DNA of 62,321 nt, the filler included, from Platydemus manokwari (taxonomy: Eukaryota), in NCBI GenBank assembly GCA_037951405.1. It is 6 parts of 6 records of this genome, joined end to end, with 100 filler letters (N's around TTAATTAATTAA, not from the genome) between each part and the next. Parts side by side here need not be neighbours in the genome. Positions count along the whole stretch, not along the records: positions 34,133 to 42,860 come from JBBMOY011358982.1; positions 42,961 to 53,307 come from JBBMOY011142437.1; positions 53,408 to 62,321 come from JBBMOY011330650.1; 3 more parts are not named here. One strand, 5' to 3'. Made by a program: the position numbers and the translations under genes. Positions within the stretch are counted from its first letter, which is position 1, and each line of letters starts with the position of its first letter. Positions 39,300 through 54,114 of the stretch are shown in pieces. Below the pieces are notes generated by a model, which was not told the DNA's origin, made no database searches, and was given only the letters and a program-made list of their open reading frames with translations.

Positions 39300-40552
39300 T
39301 TAAATAATTATTAAATAATCTACATCTTGTATTGTAAACATCTTCTCACCTTTAATTAATATTTCAACAGATTTTTCTTCAAATATGCAACAATAAGTTT
39401 TGCATTTCAAATCTGATGATTTATCAATATCAATCGATATTGTACATCCATTAATTAATAATTTTTCATCCTGGGCTTTAACATCGAAACAAATTATTTA
39501 GAAAAGTTCTGAAAATCTAACATATTCAATTGACGGTATTTTTTGAATTATTCAAATAAATTGAGATAAGCATCATAAGGAGCATCTTGATTATTTGCTG
39601 TGATATCAAATTGCATTTTATTTGCTGGATATTTACTGCCATTTAATCTAACTTTTAATGATTTTATATATTTATCATTTCCAATATTTGAAATGAATTT
39701 TGAATTATTTTTAATAAAACTAATTTCAGGATCTTTAAACCCAATTATAATATATATCGGTCTATTCTTTAATAAAGCTACTTGCCATGTATAAGTTTGT
39801 GACTCTGGAATATCGATAAGATTTGAAAGTCTATTTAAATAATTAACTTGAATATGTTTATCAATTGGTATTCTTTTTTGTATTCAAGTTCGTTCTTTGA
39901 ATTTAGAGATAATTTGGACATACAAAAACCAAATGAATTGAGAGTTAATTTTCTTTCTCGTTTTGTTCCGTGAAATATTTTCTTATCATATATTTTTTCT
40001 GTTTAAGGTTAATTTAAAAATCATCAAAAATAATAGTCTATTATAGTTTTCCAAAAATCCAAATATGAGTTTTAATATAAATCGTCCAGTAAACCTGTTT
40101 TTTTTTAATTTTAAAAGGCTTTTCTTCTTCTGAATTCCTCATCGTTTTTAATTGGATCTTCTTTAGTTTTATCTGAAATCCATAATGTCAACTCTCCAGT
40201 TATTTCATCAGAATGATCTAATAATTTAAAATTAAACATATTAGCTGCTTCTCAAACACTTTTGATATTTTCAATTTCATAGGTTCCTAATGTTAATCTC
40301 AAAAAATTAAATAAATTAAGAAAAATTATTCTCTAAAGTTACATTATGGTTTTCTTCTACGCCAGTAGCATTTTTGTCTTTTTAATTCAATCTTAGAAAA
40401 CTATTACAAAGTGATATCAAAGGCGTTATTTAAATTTATTGCTGTGGTTGATGGTGGGTTAATAATATATAAATCTTCTTTATTAATTTCATTTTTAAAT
40501 TTAAAATAATTTGCATCTAATTTGTTCAAAAATTTTTAATATAAAAATTCAT
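39300..40552 (-). pseudogene. Polinton major capsid protein (PY, double jelly-roll) remnant
   Basis: Across frameshifts: NVTLENNF; LRLTLGTYEIENIK; FILKLIFGFLENYNRLLF..FKLTLNR (cf. PL..LFGF.EDY.K...EL.L.R); YTWQVALLKNRPIYIIIGFK; VRLNGSKYPANKMQFD...PYDAY; IICFDVKAQDEK...TYCCIFEE. Confidence 0.85.
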
Positions 40553-40689
40553 AATTACATATGAACGAAATTCAAAAGGCCATACGAAGTCTGAGTTCCT
40601 TCTCTTCAATCAAAATACTTTCTAATTATGTTGTCAAGAATTTCTTTGTTAAAAATACTTTTTGAGTATTTTGTTAATTTTGTTTTTAA

Positions 40690-41480
40690 ATATATATCCT
40701 AATTTTTATAATTTTATTAGAATACTATTTATAGAATTATAAACATTATTATTTCCTCCTTGTTTAGCAACTAATAATTTTCGTAATTCATAAAATAATA
40801 CTATTGGATTTGCCGGAGGTGACGAGCACTTTACTCGACTTTATAACGGGTTTAATCCATTCCTTTTCTTCGACATGCTAAACTTATTTTCTATCATTCT
40901 CGGTGGGTAGGAACTGCGTACATCTGAAGTTGGTAAAATTTGTTAGATTTGTTTTTTCCAAAGTTTTAAAATAGGATAGAGTGTATTATTTAATTTTATA
41001 TGCATCTTTATTCCCCAAAATAAAGTTGTATAAATTATCCGTAATCTTAAAATTGATCCCATCTCCAGTATATGTAATATAATTGTTACCATTCAATTTT
41101 GTGATCAAAAATTGTGTAAAATAAATCATGAAAATTTTACAATGTTTGTCATTCATTTCTTTTGTTTCTAATGTTGGAAAAATAGAAGCTGCAGATAGGG
41201 CTTTTTGATTTAGTGTAAATATTTCCGGTTCAATATAACGCAGTCTTACATCAGTTTCTTTTATATAATTCATTTTTTCAAAATTTTTCCCATCAACAGC
41301 TTTCAATTCTTTATTGCCTGTTTCCATTGCTAGTTGTTGTTTTCCTGCAATAGCTTTTAATTTTTCATTTTCCTCCTCAATTGCTAATTTTTTGATTTCT
41401 TGATTTTGTACATCGATTGCTCATAGAGGTTTAGAAAATTCTGTAAGACCTCGGCTTAACATAACGCCATTTAATAAAGG
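40690..41480 (-). pseudogene. conserved Polinton/adintovirus accessory gene remnant (coiled-coil N-terminus)
   Basis: EFSKPL, coiled coil, INFKITDNLYNFI, and C-terminal PANPIVLFYELRKLLVAKQGGNNNVYNSI (cf. P.DPNEL..RL.LL.A...AGN....NEI); includes ORF 40986..41327. Confidence 0.7.
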
Positions 41481-41659
41481 TCATTTTTATTATTTTTAAA
41501 TTGAGAAAATTTGTTTAAATAAATCAATTTCTCCTAAAATTCAAAAATAAAATATTCTAATAATTTTTGATATTTTGATAGGTTTTGATAGTTATCTATA
41601 TTATGAAAGATTTACCCGATCTAATTTATCTTGTAAACTAAAAAGAACAATATATATAT

Positions 41660-42045
41660 AGCTAATATTTTGGCCTTTTCGGAACCAAACGAAGAGATGA
41701 TTTTAGATACCGACGCTTGTTTTGAAACGATTGGCAGCGTTTTAAGACAGTTGGAAGACAATGGAAAATAGGGAGTAATAGCCTATGCTTCTAGAATACT
41801 TGACAGTCATGAAAAAAGAGGAAGGAGCTTTTAGCAATTCACGATATTACTATGCATTTTTACCATTATATAATGGGGGAAAAAGGGACTCACAAAGCTT
41901 TGATACGCATAAAGAAATCTAACAAACTGATTAGTCCTCAGTTTCAAACATGGTTTGTAAACTTATCCGGATTCAATTTAAAATTTCAATATCCGAAGGG
42001 ATCAGACATGAAAATGCGAACGGATTCTCAAGGATAGGAAGACAT
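41660..42045 (+). mobile_element. Ty3/Gypsy RNase H fragment nested in the Polinton
   Basis: ILAFSEPNEEMILDTDACFETIGSVLRQ...VIAYASRILDSHEK..RKELLAIH...HFYHY...HKAL...PQFQTW..NLSGFN. Confidence 0.85.
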
Positions 42046-42199
42046 CGACTATCCGCAGCGAGTTTCCTAAGTTTGTCATGATAATAATATGAAAAAACCA
42101 TTCAGAGACTAAAAGTAGGTGGTTATGAAGAGTTTAATCATTTCGAATAATTGCGAAGAATATAGACAAAACTTAAATTGAAAGATATTAGTATTTACC

Positions 42200-42533
42200 A
42201 GGAACAAATCTTCAATAAAATTAACAAAATTATGGTGAAATTATAAATAATTATAATGAAACTGAAAAATTATATATACCCGCAATTATAAAACAAAATC
42301 ACCACCCTGTAAATAAAATTGAGTTTTTAGCAATGCAACGTGTTGTTGATTATTTTCCAAAAGATTTACAACATAGATATGCTGGTGATGCTGAAATGAT
42401 ACATCAAATAGATAACATTCCTAATCCAAAATTCAGAGGCCCATTAGATAGATTTTTAATTAAAAGTATTATGAAAGGGAAAATTATGGTTGGACAGGGT
42501 CTACCACACTTAGTAAAAAGATTTAAAAATTAA
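42200..42533 (+). pseudogene. Polinton/adintovirus PLA2-like (PLA2X) gene remnant
   Basis: HPVNKIEFLAMQRVVDYFPKDLQHRYAGDAEMIHQIDNIPNPKFRGPLDRFLIKSIMKGKIMVGQGL (cf. PIN.LD.A...HDI.Y...DL..RH.AD..M...LD.I.NP..RE...K..M..K...G.G); the catalytic HD is absent. Confidence 0.7.
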
Positions 42534-42541
42534 GAAAATTT

Positions 42542-42760
42542 ATGAATATCTGGATTACAATGATGAAACTAAAGACGATTTTCTTTTACGAGATGAAGAT
42601 CAATTAGCTGAAGAATTACATTATGAACAAAAAAAAGTTAAGAAATTTTGAAAAGTTTAAATATTTTTTAACGAAAATAAACATAATGCTGATTTACTTA
42701 AAATGCCTAAAAAATCTACAGAAAGACCTATATATCTATATATTGGTTGTTAATTATTTT
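42542..42760 (+). pseudogene. Polinton retroviral-like integrase, N-terminal remnant
   Basis: DQLAEELHYEQKKVKKF*KV...HNADLLKMPK matches the Polinton integrase start LAEELHKP.R..F..R.V.....WQADL..M. Confidence 0.7.
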
Positions 42761-42860
42761 GTTGGGTCTACCGACTGTAGAGAGCAACAATCCTCGTAAT
42801 AACCTGACTCCAAAATCAAAACAAAGTTGCACACTAAGTTATATTTCTATAACACTATAC

Positions 42861-42960
42861 NNNNNNNNNNNNNNNNNNNNNNNNNNNNNNNNNNNNNNNN
42901 NNNNTTAATTAATTAANNNNNNNNNNNNNNNNNNNNNNNNNNNNNNNNNNNNNNNNNNNN
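42861..42960. other. assembly gap linker
   Basis: N44-TTAATTAATTAA-N44. Confidence 0.98.
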
Positions 42961-45900
42961 AACATAAAGATCTAACACAAGCAAAGAAGATATAATAAAT
43001 CAGTTTGATCAATTTCAAATAATCGCAAATTATGAAATAGTATTCATCAATTTATTAAAACAAATAGAGAATATGATATAGAATAAAATTCATTCAATAT
43101 AATATATTAATTTTTTCAAAAAGCAATTTTAATAACTAAATGTAAGTTGAAAACCGTGAGAAAAATTATTTTTAAACAGCAGAATGAAAACATGTTTAAT
43201 TTATGTAAGACATTTCTCTTTGTTCGAGATCTAAGAAATATATGTAAGCAAAATTTATTAATATTAACATACACAATACTTTTAAAATTAGATCTTGAAC
43301 AATCAAGATTTGATAAGTTTTAAGTATTTGATAAATTTTAATATATATTTGAAAATTCAAGTCTACATATAATACAACTAAATTAAAACTTTGTTTATGA
43401 AGGAAAAAAATGTTAAGATATATTTTAAAAAATAACAAACCACATAACTCAGTAAGATAATATATCTTCAATGTGTCAGTTTATTGGTACAAATTCGTAA
43501 TTCTTAGACGGCATCTTGCAGACAAAATATTAACAATGCTTTGGGAGTTATTTCTTATTGAATTAATGGTTTTAAAGAAATGTGTGACGATTGTTTGTTT
43601 TTGTTGATCTACGTTTTAACAGTGAATGTGAAATTTTAGAAGTCGAAGATATATAAAGCATTAATGATTTCCAGATTACTAACCACCAGTTTTTTGGATT
43701 AATTTTTAAACTTAGCAATGACAAGATTATCATTATAGTTTATTTGTTCTTCGTTTCGATTTTGAGAAACCCAACATATCACAATAACGTTTAACCAATT
43801 GATAGATTTTCTAAAATCATTTAATAAACGAGATAAATATTTTCTCTGTTAAAATTTCTAAGAATAACTATAAGTGATTCTGCTTGACTAAAAGAAGTAA
43901 TTCCAACTTGGTGCCATTAGTCTTATTTTAAAGCACTTGATAGCAAATATGTTTGAGACACAGACTAGTTCATTGATAAATTAGAAAGATAATAAAGATA
44001 ACATCAAAGGTAACATCTGTTTTGATAACTGTCTAATTATGATATCGAAAAACTGACCTAAATCAAATCATTCTCTGATAATGTAATAGTCAAATGTTTT
44101 GTTTTATTAATACAATGCCGTTTAATATAATAATATATGTTCCAAGAATTTAAATTTAAAATTGAAACCACAAAACAAAATAATTTTTAAAATCAAAAAT
44201 AAATTTGATATTTCTGATGGTTTTTCATATTCTCAAAGGTTTTCTTTTCATAATAAAATGAAATTTCTCAAATATCAAAGGTTTAACGAATTAAACATTT
44301 AATGGGTACTTTTGGAGATCTTTATTCTTGCCAAACGAGATATAAGTATTTTTTAAAATAAATTTTAATTTATTTTGTAAAAGAATCACAATTCTGATAT
44401 TGTTCTTGTCGAAATCACAATTTTGTCAATCGTGTTACAAATAGCGAATGTAACCGTTTCGAAGTTTTCTATTTTAAGAACTTATTCCTTTAAATTCAAT
44501 ATATTTTTTCAAATGAGTCAAGAAAAAAATTCGAACTTCTTTGGTTCACATAATTGCTGGATCTACATGCTGTCGAACGTAACTACTCGATTATTTCTCT
44601 GACTCCAACAACTGATATGTATACTCACTAGGATTTAATATATTACACTTTAAAAGTTTGTTCGATAATATCTCATAAGGGTCCAGCCCCTGATAACAGC
44701 TCGGATGAAAACTTTGATCTTGTCCGTCCACTAAGCTGAGTTAATGACCGAATAAAAACAATCTCAAATACTTTTACAATACTCTACCGATCCTGGAACT
44801 GCAATATAATATACTATAGAAGTAAAATATAACGTACCTGCCCAAGATATATTATGTATGTATATTTTATTATTTCCAGTATCCAAATTATTTTATTATT
44901 GTATAAATAGAATTTATGTATCGTATTATATTTAAATAGTTATTTCCGTTTATGTTTGTCCTTCTATATTTTGTTTATTGTATGGTCTTTATTTTATTTA
45001 TGTTCTAATTAAGTAAAATTATATTTCGGGATTTAAATTTCATGGACTTCACAATATTCGTGATGTTTTTAAAACATGCTTTATGAAGTTATGGTTATAT
45101 AGCCATAATGATATTATTGAAATCAATTAATCTCTGTTACGATACGAAAACAGCTACACCAACGATCTTTGTGAACAACCAATTCTCTCAAAATTAATAA
45201 ATTGTTTAACAATTTTTTATGATAAAATCTTGTAATATAAATATTATCTACTACTACTGATGTTAAAAGTCTACTAGACCAAATTAACAAAAATAATAAT
45301 ATTCATATACCAAGACAACAGGCCAAGTATATTCTGGTAATCACACAAAGCTTCTCTTCCACCGTCAATAACGACATCGCACTCTCAGTCAATAAACATT
45401 GAAATTAACAATTATTTGAGGCAATTTTTATAAATGGACGTTGTTTCTGCTTTATAAATCTAATTGTGCTTTTCCGTGAGTCTTGAATACAGATAAAATA
45501 AAATGTGAAGCACCATAAAGTATTCATGTGATGTTAGCTCTTTCTCTATGTCAATCTCGACGCTATAAACAAAAACCGGCATGATATCAGCGATATATAT
45601 CTCATAGTATTGATGATTAACTAATAATTTCTTGTAAGATGATCATTCAAGTACCAAAGAACTCACTGACTCTGACTTGAAGAAATTGAAATGAGCACTT
45701 GTGATAAATAAATAAACCCATTTATATCGGTAAAGAAAGTGTCACTAGTAACACTTAAATTAATTCAATAAATTGAATTGACTTTCTGATTCACAGAGCT
45801 TTATCGAAAATGTACTAATCATCGATATTCGTGTACTAACAAAAACTGATTTTTAACTTTAGAGATTTTCACCTGTACTTGGTTTTTTTTATAAAAGTTG

Positions 45901-46563
45901 AAAGATACGGATTCTAGAGTTCTGTTTTCCAATGTAATTATTTTTATATTTAAGCCTTGCTGTTTGTTAATGATAAGAATTTTAATACGAAATGATTTAT
46001 TTAAAACAATTACGATGTTATGTACATCATTTTATTTATGTTGATGTAATAATATCTTGGAAGGTTAATTGTATCATAGCAACTGACAACTGTGCAATCC
46101 CTAACAAACATGCAATCAATACAAACATATGCACACATCATACATATCACATTCACATTTCCATTTACAAATCTCCCTTAAATTATATATGATTATACAT
46201 TTTATTTGAGATGACACCATTAAGCTGCTCGAATACGCAAATTCGTTAGAAGATCGGTTAATTTGAAATATTGATTGCCAATAATATTTTTATCCTAAGT
46301 AACTGGTTGTTCTTGTTTTTTCAGTTGCAGTTAAATTCATTTAATAACTCATTCATCGAAAATAGATACACAATTTATTATTGATTACCAGTAATTTATT
46401 CCATTTAATCGTTTGATATTTTCAAAATATTTAACAATATGGTTTATTGAAGTACATAATGTAGTTTCAATAAACATTGTCAAATTTCGTTCTTCATATT
46501 AATGAGGAAAGTATATTACATAATTTAGAAATAACCTGTACACGATTTTAAAACATAGCTTAA

Positions 46564-46796
46564 CCCTTTCAATAATGCGGGGATATATAAGTCCCAGAGA
46601 ATGTGCAAAAATTACTGATGCGAAAAATATTCGCATTAAACTACTTCAGAGACATATGTGTCCCAAGGCATTTTTTCAAAAAACCGTATTTTCTAAAAAT
46701 CTGAAATTATGTAAATATGTTCCTTTATTTATTTCCAGCACATATAGTTCAGTTATACAAAAATATTTTCACTGGCCAAAAGTCGTATAGAAAGGG
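46564..46796. mobile_element. piggyBac-derived MITE (233 bp)
   Basis: TTAA target duplication (46560-63 and 46797-800), CCCTTTC...GAAAGGG termini, subterminal palindromes GGGATATATAAGTCCC and GACATATGTGTCCC. Confidence 0.8.
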
Positions 46797-47047
46797 TTAA
46801 ATATCCTCAGTCACCAATTATTTAACTAAATTTGTAAAATTTCAGACTTGTTCCAGTAGTTTATCTTCACCTGAACAACAATATAGAGATAATTTCCTTT
46901 TCCAATAACCAATAAATTCTTAGGTCGAAATATTGATTCATTAAAATTACAATATTGTCAATAAATACCAAGATAACATTTCATATCCATATTTATATAT
47001 TTATTAAAATTAAATATATAAATATATAAATTATCTAATTTCTCTAC

Positions 47048-50963
<3,916 letters not shown>

Positions 50964-52229
50964 ATTTTGAGTAACAATTAGATTTCACTATTTAATAATG
51001 ATAATAATAATACAAATTAATAATAATTGTATAAATTAGAACTATCATATTTAGAATATTAGATTTATTAATGATGCATTTAAACAAACGAAGCATATTT
51101 AGCTTTATTTTGAGCAATGGACAATCTTTTTTGAACTTATAAATACTTGTAGATTCATTATAAAGAGATTAGAACTTAATTTGGAATCTAAAATTTCATT
51201 AGAAAGCCGAATGTTATTTGTATTGTATCTTAATTTAACTCAGTAGCAGAATAATAACAATTCGTCGTAGGACAAACAAATAGACATTTACTGAATAACA
51301 TAATAACAATAATAACATTCATTTAGAATAAAAATAACATTTTCATGATCCGGTGAGAGCAAGTCTTTTAAAGTCTATTGAAACACTTCCACCAATTGAA
51401 ATTGTTCGAAGTATTGATGGAATTGATGAGTCGATGGATCGATAATGGTATGAATAGGATGTGGCAAACAGTAATGGGCAAAGATCGTCTCAACAGTCCC
51501 CCCAATTGGAATTTTTCGAAGTTCGGTTGGATTTGATTAATTGAAGAATCGTAGCTTGATGGAGTTGAGTCTGAATGTGAAGTCCTATGAAATGTTATCA
51601 AATAATTTAATATAAAAATGGTTAAACATAAGGGTTGATGTTAAATGACAAGAGTTAGTTGACGTAATTATTAATTTTGTTGAAGTAGTGGATTTAATTT
51701 GATTATATAATTAATTGGGTTGATATTTAAGTTTTGTAACCAGTTTAAGTTCATTTATTTCCTTATGAAGTTTTTAATTTTCTGAAATTTTGATTTTGTC
51801 AAAGACGATCATGGTGTTTAGTCGAGTTTATTTCAATTATTCTATTAAATATTCTATTTAATTTCTCTATTAATTTTTCTTTTTATCGATTCTATTACCT
51901 TTTATTTAGATCTAGCAGAGCCTGAAAATAATTGCGAGGCAGATTTTTAGGAGATATTATTTACGTCGATACGGGAAGGAAAATCAGATAATATCATGTA
52001 ACCAAAATTATATTTTGTTGATGGCCGATGTAAAGGAAATTAATTATCATTTTATTATTTTTAAATTGGTAATAAATTTTTATTTTCAAATTAGTTAGAA
52101 GACAACATTAAAGGTCTAAAAAAGATATAATATTATTTTAAATAAGTAAAAAGATAACTAGTTTGCATCAATATTTTATTCTAATTCAAAAATACACCAT
52201 TTCTTTTTATTATTAAAACAAATCTTATT

Positions 52230-53150
52230 TTTTATCTAACTTCCATCTCCAATTGTTTTTGAGATCCTTTTTAGCCATTCAATTCTTCGAGGTTTTGGCT
52301 GTCTCTGAAAATCAAGAATGTGGACTTAAAAATTTCAAAATTTTGTGTGGACCGTCATATCGATTTCCATTCTTCTTTATCTTATGTGGTTCTTTCTTTA
52401 CAAACTCTTCCCGTGGAATCATAATCTCTTTAGTTCATCCAGTATATACCTTTCGTTTATCACAAATATCACAATTTCGTACTTCATGTTCGATGCTTCG
52501 TGACATATTTGGCCAGAAGTTAATTTTTCGAATATAATCGACCAATTTCTTATTACCAATATGGCACAACTCTTCATGAAGATATCTCATAAGTTTCTGC
52601 AAATAAACCTCTGGTACAACAATTAGCTTCTTTCCATTCTCATTATACACCACCATATCTTAAAACAATTCATATTTCTCCTAACTGTTAAAATATTTGC
52701 TTTTCTTGACAGCTGAATTGAGTTCTGCTTCTGTTTTCCTTGACCATATTCCAATGGAACCAACGACAGTATCTTCTTGTTGAATCTTTCTTAGTTCGTC
52801 ATTATTTACAATTAAATACTCGATAACATTAATAAAGCGAGATTTTTGTTGACCTTCTTTAGTATCTTGGTGCTGAGTTAAGCATTTTGAACAAAATGCT
52901 TCACCTATCCTAGAGAGTTCATACGCATTTCCATTATCTGATCCTTTCCTATATTGGAGTTCAAAATTAAATCCGGATAAGTTCGCAAACCATGTTTGAA
53001 ACTGAGGGCATATCGGTTTGTTGTTTCCTTCATGTATATCAAGGCTTTGTGATCGGTGCGAGTCACGAATTTCTTTACCAACAAATAATGTCTAAAATAC
53101 ATAGTAAACTCGTGGATTGCCAAAAGCACTTTCCTCGTGACGCATATCAT
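52230..53150 (-). mobile_element. Ty3/Gypsy pol remnant (RNase H, integrase Zn domain, C-terminus; integrase core deleted)
   Basis: CVTRKVLLAIHEF..YFRHYL..KKFVTRTDHKAL; PQFQTW; HEELCHIG...FWPNMSRSIEHEVRNCDIC; RYDGPHKI. Confidence 0.9.
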
Positions 53151-53307
53151 GATGCTATAAATATCTTAATTTTTCCTATTAAATTTAAAGACTTATTTAT
53201 TTAATAAATTTTGTATTGGTTATTTATTCAAAAACTAAATTTTTTCTTATATATAATTATTAATATAAAAGTTCTTTCAAATGAAGTTATTGTTAATATT
53301 AATTTTA

Positions 53308-53407
53308 NNNNNNNNNNNNNNNNNNNNNNNNNNNNNNNNNNNNNNNNNNNNTTAATTAATTAANNNNNNNNNNNNNNNNNNNNNNNNNNNNNNNNNNNNN
53401 NNNNNNN
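53308..53407. other. assembly gap linker
   Basis: N44-TTAATTAATTAA-N44. Confidence 0.98.
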
Positions 53408-53700
53408 TTCTGCCACTCATCCGGGATCGATTCTGAATCAAGACAGTCGTTGAAAATTGTTGTCATAATTTCTGTATTCGGGTCCGCAAACATCATGTTT
53501 TTGTATGTAATTCTGTTTCTGCCAGGGGCGCTGGGCTTCTTGTTTTTTAATATAGCATAGGTTTCTAAAAGGTTGAAGTTCTTGAATTCGAAAGTTGGTC
53601 TTCGTTTGATTAGGCTGTTCAGTATGCAAGCATTTTCGCATGGTTGCGAACATATTTTCGAACATTTCTCCATTGTTGATAAGTGGCTTTGATTGCAGTA
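53408..53700 (-). mobile_element. non-LTR retrotransposon RT domain 0-1 fragment
   Basis: KKPSAPGRNRITYK...DPNTEIMTTIFNDCLDSESIPDEWQ (cf. SAPGPD.ITY....DP....L..IFN.CL....IP..W); runs into a gap. Confidence 0.85.
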
Positions 53701-54114
53701 TATTTGGATATTGTTGAATTAATTTTATCACAACAATTATTGATAAAAATTTAAATAACAATTAATCGATAAATGTCAAATATTTTTAATGGATTTCAGA
53801 ATATTCTGGCTTATTTCAACATTTATTATTGAATGGCTTATAAAAACTTGTTATCAAACACAGAAATCCACAATCCCGTCTACATAAAAAAGCTTTCAAG
53901 ACAATAAAATCGATAATACATATATTTTTTTATCACAATAATTTCAGCTCGTTTTAAATATGTAAAATTTATTAACATCAAATTAATAAAAACAAAATAC
54001 AATCTGAATAAAAAATAATTGAAATTCGTATGAAATAATAAACATTATTTTGTGTTTCAAGGAAAAATATTGGAGATTGTGTGAAAAATAGAATTTTATG
54101 AAAGCACATAAATG

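Larger units (their letters stand above)
37776..42790. mobile_element. fossil Polinton/Maverick (adintovirus-like endogenous virus), partial
   Basis: Six adjacent decayed genes typical of Polintons (mCP, pX-like, MCP, accessory gene, PLA2-like, integrase; see individual features). Left boundary is tentative (AGTAGTAGT at 37776); right side is lost near the gap at 42861. Confidence 0.85.

Noticed and set aside
39600-39794. Plus-strand 64-aa ORF
   Set aside because: Antisense to the Polinton major capsid remnant
41500-41660. Possible Polinton packaging ATPase C-terminus (YIVLF)
   Set aside because: No Walker A/B motifs visible; the adjacent apparent motif belongs to the Gypsy fragment
43200-45420. 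Possible LINE endonuclease/RT debris
   Set aside because: Only isolated traces (e.g. YFLDL) and no ordered motif series
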